A DNA stretch of 34,590 nucleotides from positions 64,001-98,590 of the IMG/VR virus record IMGVR_UViG_3300042894_004034. One strand, given 5' to 3'. Under the pieces are notes generated by a model that worked only from the letters and a program-made list of their open reading frames with translations, did no database searches and was not told the origin of the DNA. Positions 16,996 through 25,729 of this stretch are shown in pieces. How positions within the stretch are numbered: position 1 is the stretch's first letter; each line of letters begins with the position of its first letter. The position numbers were made by a program, and so were the translations under genes. Source of the stretch: a virus (taxonomy: Duplodnaviria; Heunggongvirae; Uroviricota; Caudoviricetes).

Positions 16996-17600
16996 ACGTG
17001 CGACTTGAATACGACATGACCTGGCGTGCAGCCATATGGTTTGAAAATCGCCTGCAACTCAACGATTACACAGCCACCATATCCATGATTACCAATACCG
17101 CAGTGTCCGAAGATCACACAACTTGTATGGACAGAATCAATCATTTTGTCTATCATGAACTTGTTAACACAGTGTTTGTGCACCAGGAAGATCGAGAACA
17201 AATGCAATTGCTGGCAGCAGCAGGTATCAATTTTACTCCGCTACCCGAACAACCGATTGACCAGATAGTGGGTCTTGTGTTATACTGCAAGCTGAATGCT
17301 ATTGTGGAAGATCGAATGCATGTGACGGCCGTGGCCATACAAAGTGAGCTGGGTGATAACATTAGATATCTACACAGCGAACATGAAGGCGCAACCCTGA
17401 TGGATCAACCCGGCTGGTGGCAGGATTCAAATCCTGCCCATAACAATTTTAAACAAACTGGCAACAGTAAAAAACAAGTGGTCAAACTCAATCGAACCCC
17501 CAGCTGGCGAGAGCTAGACCTTGACTGGAGTGATGCACAACGACCCACAATCGAATCAAACACTGTGGTATTTGCCAAGTTTCCCCTTGATGAAAACTGA
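16992..17600 (+). CDS. Hypothetical protein, possible degenerate QueD/PTPS T-fold
   Basis: ATGA-coupled; secondary-structure pattern resembles QueD but catalytic His residues not seen. Confidence 0.55.
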   Translation: MNVRLEYDMTWRAAIWFENRLQLNDYTATISMITNTAVSEDHTTCMDRINHFVYHELVNTVFVHQEDREQMQLLAAAGINFTPLPEQPIDQIVGLVLYCKLNAIVEDRMHVTAVAIQSELGDNIRYLHSEHEGATLMDQPGWWQDSNPAHNNFKQTGNSKKQVVKLNRTPSWRELDLDWSDAQRPTIESNTVVFAKFPLDEN

Positions 17601-18111
17601 TCACCTGGGTCAAATTATCTATTCAGAAGATGATGGCGTGAACTTGCTCATGCAGGGTCAACCTGCGACAATCATAAACAATCTGCTGATGGATGCTGCG
17701 GTGGATTTGAGCAGTGTTGCTGCGATATTGGAACAGGTACCCAGTATCATTAGATATGATGAATTGACTGCACAAGCAACCACACAAGAACAATTTGACT
17801 CAGCAAACCAACTCAACTGGTTCATGCCCGAAGAATACAAGAATCTCGACATTGCAGAACATGTGTTGGGATTGTGTTCCAGTGATGCAGCACTACAACG
17901 AGTAGGCGAAGAACTCTTGCTTTATCAAGCACGTGGTCTGTTTGATCTGTTGCGTTATCTTAAATTTTTAGTGGACACCATGCACCAGAATCGTGTGATT
18001 TGGGGTGTGGGTCGAGGCAGCGCAGTTGCCAGTTATGTGTTGTATCTATTGAAAGTACACCGCATAGACAGCTTGCACTACAATTTAGATATCGCAGAAT
18101 TTCTGCGTTAA
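17590..18111 (+). CDS. dnaE: DNA polymerase III alpha (DnaE-like) fragment
   Basis: L.YLKFLVD...WGVGRGSAVASYVLYLLKVHRIDSLHYNLDIAEFLR matches the DnaE GxGRGS region; only 173 aa. Confidence 0.82.
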   Translation: MKTDHLGQIIYSEDDGVNLLMQGQPATIINNLLMDAAVDLSSVAAILEQVPSIIRYDELTAQATTQEQFDSANQLNWFMPEEYKNLDIAEHVLGLCSSDAALQRVGEELLLYQARGLFDLLRYLKFLVDTMHQNRVIWGVGRGSAVASYVLYLLKVHRIDSLHYNLDIAEFLR

Positions 18112-18114
18112 ATA
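18109..18114 (+). promoter_or_regulatory. Putative late promoter (TAAATA)
   Basis: Overlaps dnaE stop; AAGGAG SD follows. Confidence 0.45.
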
Positions 18115-18132
18115 TCAATTCAAGGAGAAACT

Positions 18133-18537
18133 ATGTCAAAGAAGATTTACAAAACTGCACAAGGAAAAATTGTGGACCTTGGTGCATTACAAGTACAAAA
18201 CGAAACTGTGCGAGCAGTTGGCAACATGAACGTGAATGCCCGCGGTGACAGGCTGGATGCTGACGGCAACATTATTGCTACTAGATCACAACAGGTAAAT
18301 CGTGCTCTTAATCGACAGACCAATACCGCAGCTGGCCCAATAGCTGCCAGTTCCAGGGCGCAAAGAGAAACTGAAACTGCTGTTGATCAATCCGCAGCAA
18401 AAGAAAAATTAGAACAGGCTCGCGCACAACGTCAAGCACGTCGAGAAGCAGGCGTTGCTCTGCCTGAAGCAACACCGCCAGCAGCAGGATTGGCAGCAGC
18501 CATGGCGAGAGCAGCACAACAAAAGGACCAAGAATAA
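18133..18537 (+). CDS. Hypothetical protein, Ala/Gln-rich tail (134 aa)
   Basis: AAGGAG SD; TAATG coupling to groES. Confidence 0.8.
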   Translation: MSKKIYKTAQGKIVDLGALQVQNETVRAVGNMNVNARGDRLDADGNIIATRSQQVNRALNRQTNTAAGPIAASSRAQRETETAVDQSAAKEKLEQARAQRQARREAGVALPEATPPAAGLAAAMARAAQQKDQE

Positions 18538-18938
18538 TGATCAAAGCAGCATACGCAGCACACCGAATTGACCGAGAACAACTGGTTCCGCTGGGGGAGT
18601 CAGTTATTGTGAGTGACATGAACTTTGAAGAACGTCTCAGCACAGGCGGTATCATTATCATGACCGACAATGGCAAAAGCACAGGTATCAGACCACGCTG
18701 GGGTCGAGTGTATGCAGTGGGTCCAGATCAGCAGGATATTCGAGTCGGCGACTGGATCTGTGTGGAACACGGGCGTTGGACTCGTGGTCTGGACATTGAA
18801 GACGAAACAGGAAAAATTACTCTGCGTCGAGTTGATCCCAAAGACGTCATGATGACTGCGGATGAGAAACCCGACGATCTTACATTCTCAGGTGCCATTC
18901 ACATAGAAGCCAAACCCAGCTGGATGCAACACAATTGA
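18537..18938 (+). CDS. groES: GroES/Cpn10-like co-chaperonin
   Basis: LVPLGESVIV...STGGIII...GRVYAVGP...IRVGDWI. Confidence 0.8.
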   Translation: MIKAAYAAHRIDREQLVPLGESVIVSDMNFEERLSTGGIIIMTDNGKSTGIRPRWGRVYAVGPDQQDIRVGDWICVEHGRWTRGLDIEDETGKITLRRVDPKDVMMTADEKPDDLTFSGAIHIEAKPSWMQHN

Positions 18939-19414
18939 TCTTCAATCACATCAAACAACTCAAGGCAGATGGCAAACGAATTGGCATCACCTTCTCAACA
19001 TTTGACATGGGACCACATGCCGGCCATATTGCCATGCTGAGTGAAGCCAAGAACCACTGTGACTATCTCATATGCGGCTTGCAAACTGATCCCACAATAG
19101 ATAGACCAGACACAAAAAATGCTCCTATTCAAAGCATAGTAGAGCGTCAGATTCAATTGGCAGCGTGTCGCTATGTGGATGAAGTTGTGGTGTATCAAAC
19201 TGAACAAGACCTTGTGGATCTGTTGTTGATCTTGCCTGTGGATGTGCGTATTCTGGGTGTGGAATATTGTGACAAAGATTTTACTGGTCGCGAAGCAGGC
19301 GCCCTGCGAGGAATCGAACTGGTATTCAACGGACGCGATCACAGCTTCTCCAGTTCAAGCCTACGACGACGTGTGGTTGCTGCCGAAAGTCATAAAGTAC
19401 TGTCACAGAAATAG
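18935..19414 (+). CDS. Cytidylyltransferase, TagD/RfaE-like
   Basis: FSTFD..HAGH, LICGLQTD, LAACRYVDEVV, HSFSSSSLRRR. Confidence 0.87.
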   Translation: MIFNHIKQLKADGKRIGITFSTFDMGPHAGHIAMLSEAKNHCDYLICGLQTDPTIDRPDTKNAPIQSIVERQIQLAACRYVDEVVVYQTEQDLVDLLLILPVDVRILGVEYCDKDFTGREAGALRGIELVFNGRDHSFSSSSLRRRVVAAESHKVLSQK

Positions 19415-19436
19415 AACAGTTTGGCAAGTTGGCCTG

Positions 19437-19465
19437 TTGACAATTCCTCAGTGTTGCATTATAAT
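19437..19465 (+). promoter_or_regulatory. Consensus sigma70 promoter
   Basis: TTGACA 19437-19442, N17, TATAAT 19460-19465. Confidence 0.85.
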
Positions 19466-19489
19466 ACGCTATATCAACGGAGAATACAG

Positions 19490-19657
19490 ATGGAAATACA
19501 ACCCAAAGACCCCAGCCGCGGTCACTTTTATGTAAGCCTGGCCAAGAGCGCACTACGAGTAGTTGCCGGCATTGCTTTTATCCAAGGAGCAATCATGCTC
19601 GGCGGTGCATTTATTATTGCAGCCGAGGTGCTTGGGGTAGTAGAGGAACTGGTGTGA
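19490..19657 (+). CDS. Small membrane protein (55 aa)
   Basis: GGAG SD then ATG 19490; hydrophobic C-terminal half. Confidence 0.7.
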   Translation: MEIQPKDPSRGHFYVSLAKSALRVVAGIAFIQGAIMLGGAFIIAAEVLGVVEELV

Positions 19658-19827
19658 GCAAAGGTTCAAGACCACGACCATACAGTGTGGCCCAGCAAGA
19701 ATACGATAACAGATGGGATGCCATCTTTGGTAGAGATCTAGAAAATACACAACCCGTCCCTGAACCACAACAGAAAGCACAAGATGAAACAACTTTGGGT
19801 AGAACAGTACCGCCCCAGCACAATTGA
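19654..19827 (+). CDS. Small hypothetical protein (57 aa)
   Basis: Not in ORF track; GTGA overlap, GAGGA SD; MSKGSRPRPYSVAQQEYDNRWDAIFG. Confidence 0.55.
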   Translation: MSKGSRPRPYSVAQQEYDNRWDAIFGRDLENTQPVPEPQQKAQDETTLGRTVPPQHN

Positions 19828-20707
19828 TGGCTATGTATTCGTTGACGATGCTCAACGAGAACAAGTAGAAACCTGGATTCGTGAAGGATCAATTCCGCAT
19901 TTGTTACTGAGTGGCTCAGCCGGCACAGGCAAAACAACTCTGGCCAAACTCTTGATCAACGAGCTAGGCATTGACGAATATGATGTGTTGTACGCAAACG
20001 GATCCAAAGAAGCTAGAAAGGTCGAATGGGTGGACAAACTGATCAGCTTTTGTCAGACCATGCCATTTGGCAAATTCAAGATAGTGCTAATTGACGAAGC
20101 TGACTACATGAATCCCAATAGTGTACAGCCTGCTCTGCGCAACTTGATGGAAGACTATTCGGGCAGTGTGCGATTTATTCTTACCTGTAATTTTCCCAAC
20201 AAGATCATTGCGCCCTTGCACAGTCGTTGCCAGGGATTCCACATTGTCAAGACTGATCATACAGAATTCACAGCCAGGGTGGCCACTGTGTTGGTCACAG
20301 AAAACGTGACCTTTGATCTAGACGTACTGGACAGCTATGTCAAGGCCACATATCCGGATCTGCGCAAGTGTTTGAATCTGGTGCAGTTGAACTCGCAATC
20401 AGGTGCTCTGAATCCTCCCGGTGCTAGTGACCGCAGCGCACGAGACTGGAAGTTGGACTGTGTGGACATGTTCAAACGTGGCAAAACACGTGAGGCAAGA
20501 ACTCTGCTGTGCCAGAGTTCGGGACCAGAAGAAGCAGAAGAAATATTCCGCTGGATGTACGACAATCTTGATCTCTGGGGGTCAACTCCTGAACGTCAAG
20601 ATCAAGCCATTGTGATCATCCGCAACGGCCTGGTCAGTCACAATGCTGTGGCCGACGTTGAAATCAATCTGAGTGCTACACTAATTGAACTTAGTCAGAT
20701 TAGTTGA
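19784..20707 (+). CDS. Sliding-clamp loader AAA+ subunit (T4 gp44/RFC-small-like)
   Basis: LWVEQYRP, GSAGTGKTT, DEAD, RFILTCN, LHSRC, YPDLRK. Confidence 0.92.
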   Translation: MKQLWVEQYRPSTIDGYVFVDDAQREQVETWIREGSIPHLLLSGSAGTGKTTLAKLLINELGIDEYDVLYANGSKEARKVEWVDKLISFCQTMPFGKFKIVLIDEADYMNPNSVQPALRNLMEDYSGSVRFILTCNFPNKIIAPLHSRCQGFHIVKTDHTEFTARVATVLVTENVTFDLDVLDSYVKATYPDLRKCLNLVQLNSQSGALNPPGASDRSARDWKLDCVDMFKRGKTREARTLLCQSSGPEEAEEIFRWMYDNLDLWGSTPERQDQAIVIIRNGLVSHNAVADVEINLSATLIELSQIS

Positions 20708-20713
20708 TCTTAA

Positions 20714-21844
20714 ATGAATTTTAACACTCTAGAACCTGCTATAGATCCCAACAACAGAATAACATTCCTGTTGGACTGGGAACTAACTTTAAAATGCAAT
20801 TTAGATTGCACATATTGTCCTACCGGTATTCACGGCGGCCACGATAACTCAACCACGCATCCGCCATTGGCTGAGTGTTTGAAGTCACTGAGATTTATGT
20901 TCGAATATGTGGATTTGTACATGAATACAAAATCCAAAGGAATTAAATATGTGATCTTAAACGTGTATGGAGGTGAAAGTTTGCATCATCCAGAAATTGT
21001 CAAAATATTGAGTCAGGTTAAAGAAGAACATCAGAAATATTCTGCTCGTTGGCATTTAACAGTAACTACCACTACCAATGCTATTATTAGCAAAAAACGC
21101 CTGGTACAAATTATTCCGTTCATTGATGAATTTACTGTAAGTTATCATACAGAAAGTACTAAAAAACAAAAACAACAATTTTGTGACAACCTGCTGACCA
21201 TTAGAGACTCGGGCTGCCGACAAAAATGCATAGTGCTCATGCACCAAGAAGCGGATCTTTTTTCTGATGCGCAGAACATGCTAAGTTGGTTGGATCAAAA
21301 CAATATTAAAAGTTTGCCTAGACAGCTTGACGGAGATAGTGGAACAGTCGACAACAAAAGAATATATAATCAGCAACAAGTGCAATGGTTTGATAAGTTG
21401 TATAAATCGTCTACTTTTGGTGAATATTCTCCCTTTGAAAATACCGATAAGGGAGTGCATTTAACTGATGTTGGCAGAGCATGTTGTGGTGGACGACAAA
21501 CTTGTACTGATCAAAATTACAAGCAACGACATTTTTATGTTGAAAATAAATTTCCAGACTGGTATTGTAGTGTAAATCATTTCTTTCTTTATGTAAAACA
21601 AGTCAATGGAGAAGTTTATGTAAACAAAGATTGCAAGATGAATTTTAAAGGTGAAGTGGGTCCTATTGGCAATCTCAATGACACTGACAATATATTATCT
21701 ACTTTGCGCGGTCAACTTGACACTGATTCTTTACCAATTATACAATGTAAAAAATACCAGTGCTTGTGCGGGTTGTGTGCGCCAAAAGCAAACACACTAG
21801 AAAAATATAATGAAATTATGAAAAAATATCAATTGACATCATGA
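20714..21844 (+). CDS. Radical SAM protein with Cys-rich C-terminus
   Basis: CNLDCTYC, GGESLHHP, TTTN; C-terminal CCGG, WYC, CLCGLC; visibly AT-rich. Confidence 0.85.
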   Translation: MNFNTLEPAIDPNNRITFLLDWELTLKCNLDCTYCPTGIHGGHDNSTTHPPLAECLKSLRFMFEYVDLYMNTKSKGIKYVILNVYGGESLHHPEIVKILSQVKEEHQKYSARWHLTVTTTTNAIISKKRLVQIIPFIDEFTVSYHTESTKKQKQQFCDNLLTIRDSGCRQKCIVLMHQEADLFSDAQNMLSWLDQNNIKSLPRQLDGDSGTVDNKRIYNQQQVQWFDKLYKSSTFGEYSPFENTDKGVHLTDVGRACCGGRQTCTDQNYKQRHFYVENKFPDWYCSVNHFFLYVKQVNGEVYVNKDCKMNFKGEVGPIGNLNDTDNILSTLRGQLDTDSLPIIQCKKYQCLCGLCAPKANTLEKYNEIMKKYQLTS

Positions 21845-22149
21845 GATATCTCACACTTACCTACTACACCAAGGCCGATGGCAAAATTGACGAAGCAATG
21901 GCTGTGAGCAAAAACATCAGAGCAAGAGATTTGCAAACTGCCAGCGTGATCCTGGACTTTAAAAAACTCCAGGTGGTCAAGTGCAGCATGAACGGCGTGC
22001 AGGTTCCCAGGGACTGGGACAGAATTGTGACCTACTATCATCAACACTATGCTTCAACCATTGAACGACTGTTCAATGAAAACGGCTACGAAATTGTCAA
22101 ACCAGAAACTACAGTGTCACAAGATGCGGATACAAGCACTGCACATTGA
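21841..22149 (+). CDS. Hypothetical protein (102 aa)
   Basis: ATGA-coupled; codon style like the core genes. Confidence 0.75.
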   Translation: MRYLTLTYYTKADGKIDEAMAVSKNIRARDLQTASVILDFKKLQVVKCSMNGVQVPRDWDRIVTYYHQHYASTIERLFNENGYEIVKPETTVSQDADTSTAH

Positions 22150-23026
22150 ACCCACAAACATCTGCACATTGAAATGTGCAGGTTGTGCTAGAACCAGATT
22201 TATACAGCAATGGCCGCAGCACTGGCGCAATCATAGTCTGGACGTAGAGGTGTTGATGCAGTTTTTGGATATTGATTTGACCAATATGCCTGTGACATTT
22301 TGCGGCAACTACGGCGACCCAATCTATCATCCTGATTTTATAAGCATGATACAACAGTTCAAACAGCGTGGCGCAGCAGTCACAATAATCACTAATGGTA
22401 GCCATAAAAAATCCGAGTGGTGGCAAGAATTAACATCGTGTCTAGACAAAAATGACTCAGTTACATTTTCAGTTGATGGCATACCAGAAAATTTCACTCA
22501 GTATAGAACAAATGCAGACTGGACGTCGATACAATCAGCAATGACAATTTGTGCTCGGGCACAGTGTGTAACCACCTGGAAATTTATACCATTTGCATTT
22601 AATCAGACCTGTATTGATCAAGCTCACGCTCTGAGTCAATCACTAGGCATAGATCACTTTGAGATTTCGCCAAGTGATAGATTTGACGAACAAACTGAAC
22701 ATCTAATACCCACAACTGATTTACTGGGCTCAAGATACAATGATCAACAGGACTGGAAAAATCACAATAGATCAGGCAGAGTTGATGCCAGGTGCGCCCC
22801 CGGAGATCATCACTTCGTCACAGCCGACGGCTACTATAGTCCTTGTTGTTATGTTGCTGATCACCGATTCTATTATAAAACAGAATTTGGCAAAAACAAA
22901 AAAGCATACAATATCAATACCACCAGCTTGACCAGCATACTAGAGCAACCAGCTGTGGTTGATTTTTATCAAACGCTGGATTCTATTCCAGCATGTCAAT
23001 ATAACTGTCCTAAAGGAACCCAATGA
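22124..23026 (+). CDS. Radical SAM protein with twitch/SPASM-like C-terminus
   Basis: HIEPTNICTLKCAGC, CGNYGDP, ITNGS, FSVDG; C...PCCY...CQYNC; start moved to ATG 22124. Confidence 0.85.
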   Translation: MRIQALHIEPTNICTLKCAGCARTRFIQQWPQHWRNHSLDVEVLMQFLDIDLTNMPVTFCGNYGDPIYHPDFISMIQQFKQRGAAVTIITNGSHKKSEWWQELTSCLDKNDSVTFSVDGIPENFTQYRTNADWTSIQSAMTICARAQCVTTWKFIPFAFNQTCIDQAHALSQSLGIDHFEISPSDRFDEQTEHLIPTTDLLGSRYNDQQDWKNHNRSGRVDARCAPGDHHFVTADGYYSPCCYVADHRFYYKTEFGKNKKAYNINTTSLTSILEQPAVVDFYQTLDSIPACQYNCPKGTQ

Positions 23027-23634
23027 AGAATCGACTGATACTAACTGACGCTGATGGCGTCTTACTTGACTGGGAATGGGCATTCTCAGTCTGGATGCAG
23101 GAGCGCGGATACACACTCACAGCAGACAACAAGAAAAGTTATTTCCTACATCATCACTATCGTGAACTGGAAGAAAAAGACGCCAAAAAGGTTGTAAAGA
23201 CCTTCAACGAATCGGCTGCTGTGGGCTTCTTGCCTGCTCTACGTGATGCCACCTACTATGTCAAACGCCTGTATGAAGAACATGGCTATCAGTTTCGAGT
23301 GATCACCAGTCTGAGCCTGGATCGAAATGCTGCCAAGCTGAGAGAAATGAATCTGCACAAACTGTTTGGCAATGCAATTGAAAGTGTGATTTGCCTGGAC
23401 ACCGGCGCAGACAAAGACTCTGCACTAGAGTTCTATCGTGACAGTGGCATGTGGTGGTGTGAGGACAAGCCCGAAAATGCCGATGTTGGCCATGCCATGG
23501 GCCTGAAAAGCATACTGGTAGAACACGGGCACAACATGCATCATGTGTGCCCGTATCCGGTTGTTAAAAATTGGCGAGAAATTTATTCTATAATTGCTCC
23601 TAGCGAGAATACAGTTTCAACACGTCACCAATAA
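23023..23634 (+). CDS. HAD-superfamily phosphatase, 5'(3')-deoxyribonucleotidase-like
   Basis: LTDADGVLLDW, ITS, EDKPENA motifs. Confidence 0.8.
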   Translation: MKNRLILTDADGVLLDWEWAFSVWMQERGYTLTADNKKSYFLHHHYRELEEKDAKKVVKTFNESAAVGFLPALRDATYYVKRLYEEHGYQFRVITSLSLDRNAAKLREMNLHKLFGNAIESVICLDTGADKDSALEFYRDSGMWWCEDKPENADVGHAMGLKSILVEHGHNMHHVCPYPVVKNWREIYSIIAPSENTVSTRHQ

Positions 23635-24343
23635 TTTTATGGCGCTGCACGTCTCTAGCTTCTAGAGCACATACTTCCATGCCTGCTACTGGATGAGCAC
23701 GTAATCGATTACACAGGTCCATCAAGCCATTGTCGCCGTTGCTACGGTCTGCCTGCTCGACATCTCCTGTTATAACGATTTTGCTGTTTTGTCCGATACG
23801 AGTCATTAACATCTTGGCCTGGGCAGGAGTTGCGTTTTGCATTTCGTCTGCTATTATCCAACTGTTTTTAAAAGTACGGCCGCGCATGAATGCCAGAGGC
23901 GCTATCTCCACTACTTGGTCTTCGATCATGGTTACAATGTCCTGAGGGCGATAAAATTCTCGCATGACATCCAGTAACGGACGGGTCCATGGTTCCATCT
24001 TGGCAACAAGATTGCCCGGCAAGAAACCATGTTGTTCTCCTTCGACTCCCACTGCAGGGCGAGTCATCACAATACGTTCACATTCTCCTTGTTTGAGTGC
24101 TCTAACAGCGGCCACCATGGCCAGGTATGTTTTACCTGTGCCAGCTGGTCCCACTGTGACCACAATATGCGTGGCAGGATCTTGCAGAGCCATCACCAGG
24201 GTTTCTTGATTTCGTGTTCGAGGGATCAAGTCTATGCGGCGTTGTCTCTGTTTGGATTCTGAATTAAACGGAATTGTGTTTTCTACCATTTGTGCTGCTA
24301 CTCTTTTTTGTGTTTGGGCTTTGGCCCCTCTTTGTCTACTCAA
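23600..24343 (-). CDS. phoH: PhoH-family ATPase
   Basis: GPAGTGKT, MTRPAV, GFLPG.L..KM.PW, APLAFMRGRTF, DEMQN, GD..QAD; TTG start with AGGAG SD. Confidence 0.95.
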   Translation of the reverse strand: MSRQRGAKAQTQKRVAAQMVENTIPFNSESKQRQRRIDLIPRTRNQETLVMALQDPATHIVVTVGPAGTGKTYLAMVAAVRALKQGECERIVMTRPAVGVEGEQHGFLPGNLVAKMEPWTRPLLDVMREFYRPQDIVTMIEDQVVEIAPLAFMRGRTFKNSWIIADEMQNATPAQAKMLMTRIGQNSKIVITGDVEQADRSNGDNGLMDLCNRLRAHPVAGMEVCALEARDVQRHKIIGDVLKLYSR

Positions 24344-24383
24344 GTGCGGTTCTCCTGTATTGTGCTGGTTGCGTCCAGCCTAA

Positions 24384-24389
24384 TATTTA
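24384..24389 (-). promoter_or_regulatory. Putative late promoter (TAAATA) for phoH
   Basis: TATTTA on + strand about 40 nt upstream of phoH start. Confidence 0.45.
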
Positions 24390-24495
24390 GGTGTTTGCAA
24401 CTGAAGATCTATGCACCGAGATTTCAGAGAATACTGGACTAAGTATTAGGCTGTGGCGTTGACAACAAAACCACGCAGTTCTATATCTTACTGAA

Positions 24496-24501
24496 TAAAT
24501 A
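24496..24501 (+). promoter_or_regulatory. Putative late promoter (TAAATA)
   Basis: Intergenic, upstream of 24542. Confidence 0.45.
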
Positions 24502-24541
24502 ACTGGTTAGATAAAATCTACTTATTTTAAAGGCCAACACA

Positions 24542-25651
24542 ATGTCGTCATCTCTTGTAACCAATAGCGATTATTTGATAAATTTAAATTCTGGAGCAAA
24601 TACGCTGTCGATTACAGGCAATGTAGCAATCACTGGCAATTTGAGCGTGAGCGGCAACGCCACACTCAGCGGCAACATTCTGGGCGACAGAATTCAAAAT
24701 GGCACAACCAGCATAGACATACAGACCATAAATGGCAATGCCAATGTCACTGTTGGCGGTGTATCCAACGTGGCAGTGTTTGCCACAACCGGTGCATATG
24801 TCACAGGTGTTGTTAGTGCAACTGGCAACATCAGCGGCAATTACTTTGTGGGCAACGGATCACAGCTGACTGGGATTGTATCAAGCTACGGCAACGCCAA
24901 TGTTGTGGCCAACTTGGCTGCACTGGGATCAAATCCTGTGAGTACCACTGGCAACATCACTGCTGGCAACATCATTGCTGGCAACCTGGATGCAATCAAT
25001 CTAGTGATCAACAGCATCTCCAGTGATGATTCAACTTTTGTCACCATAGAAGACGGACTCAACGTTGTGGGAGCGGTTGCTGTCTTGGGCAATATTACTG
25101 GTAGCAATCTAGTGATCAACAACATCTCCAGTGATGATTCAACTTTTGTCACTGTTGAGGATGGCCTCAATGTAGTGGGAGATATTGATCTTTCGGGCAA
25201 TATCACCGGTGGCAACATCAGTGTCGCAGGCAACGCCACAGTCACTGGCAACTTAAACGTAACAGGCACCTCGGGCAATGTGGTCACTAAATCTTACGGC
25301 GCTTGGACAGTGCCCACAGGCAACAGCACACAGAGTTTCACAGTGGATGGCAACAACACCTATCAGATGTGGGTAGAAGGCAACATACCCAATGGTATCA
25401 TTGCGTGGAATGCTCTAGCAACTGTAACCAATATCAATGTGCCAGTGATAGGTCAACAGTTTGCCTGGAACTACGAAGGTGGCGGAAATCTTATTTTGTT
25501 TACCAGCATACCTGCTCAGATCATTGGCACAGCCGGTGCTATAAGCAATGCTGCTCCTGTGGTGGCCAATACCAATGTATTCTCTTTTGGCATCAACAAC
25601 GCATCCGGCAACACTGTCACTGTGGAATACGGTTGGGTCAAAATAAGTTAA
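24542..25651 (+). CDS. Gly/Asn-rich fibre-like virion protein with distinct C-terminal beta domain
   Basis: GNITAGN repeats; two copies of the SDDSTFVT module shared with 14499 gene. Confidence 0.7.
   Translation: MSSSLVTNSDYLINLNSGANTLSITGNVAITGNLSVSGNATLSGNILGDRIQNGTTSIDIQTINGNANVTVGGVSNVAVFATTGAYVTGVVSATGNISGNYFVGNGSQLTGIVSSYGNANVVANLAALGSNPVSTTGNITAGNIIAGNLDAINLVINSISSDDSTFVTIEDGLNVVGAVAVLGNITGSNLVINNISSDDSTFVTVEDGLNVVGDIDLSGNITGGNISVAGNATVTGNLNVTGTSGNVVTKSYGAWTVPTGNSTQSFTVDGNNTYQMWVEGNIPNGIIAWNALATVTNINVPVIGQQFAWNYEGGGNLILFTSIPAQIIGTAGAISNAAPVVANTNVFSFGINNASGNTVTVEYGWVKIS
24997..25173 (+). repeat. 69-bp dispersed repeat, copies 2 and 3
   Basis: 24997-25065 and 25105-25173. Confidence 0.85.
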
Positions 25652-25718
25652 CACTGTGGCCACAAGATTTAGCCATTAATACCGGAATTCAAAGCCTACA
25701 GGTTCTATTCACTTGCCA

Positions 25719-25724
25719 TAAATA
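25719..25724 (+). promoter_or_regulatory. Putative late promoter (TAAATA), 5 nt before ATG
   Basis: TAAATA-TCTGC-ATG, no SD. Confidence 0.55.
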
Positions 25725-25729
25725 TCTGC

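Noticed and set aside
17590-18111. Split intein on the DnaE fragment
   Set aside because: ORF ends at LDIAEFLR with no intein block A sequence
15086-25173. Diversity-generating retroelement TR/VR pair
   Set aside because: Differences among the 69-bp copies are mostly third-position and not adenine-specific; no reverse transcriptase in window
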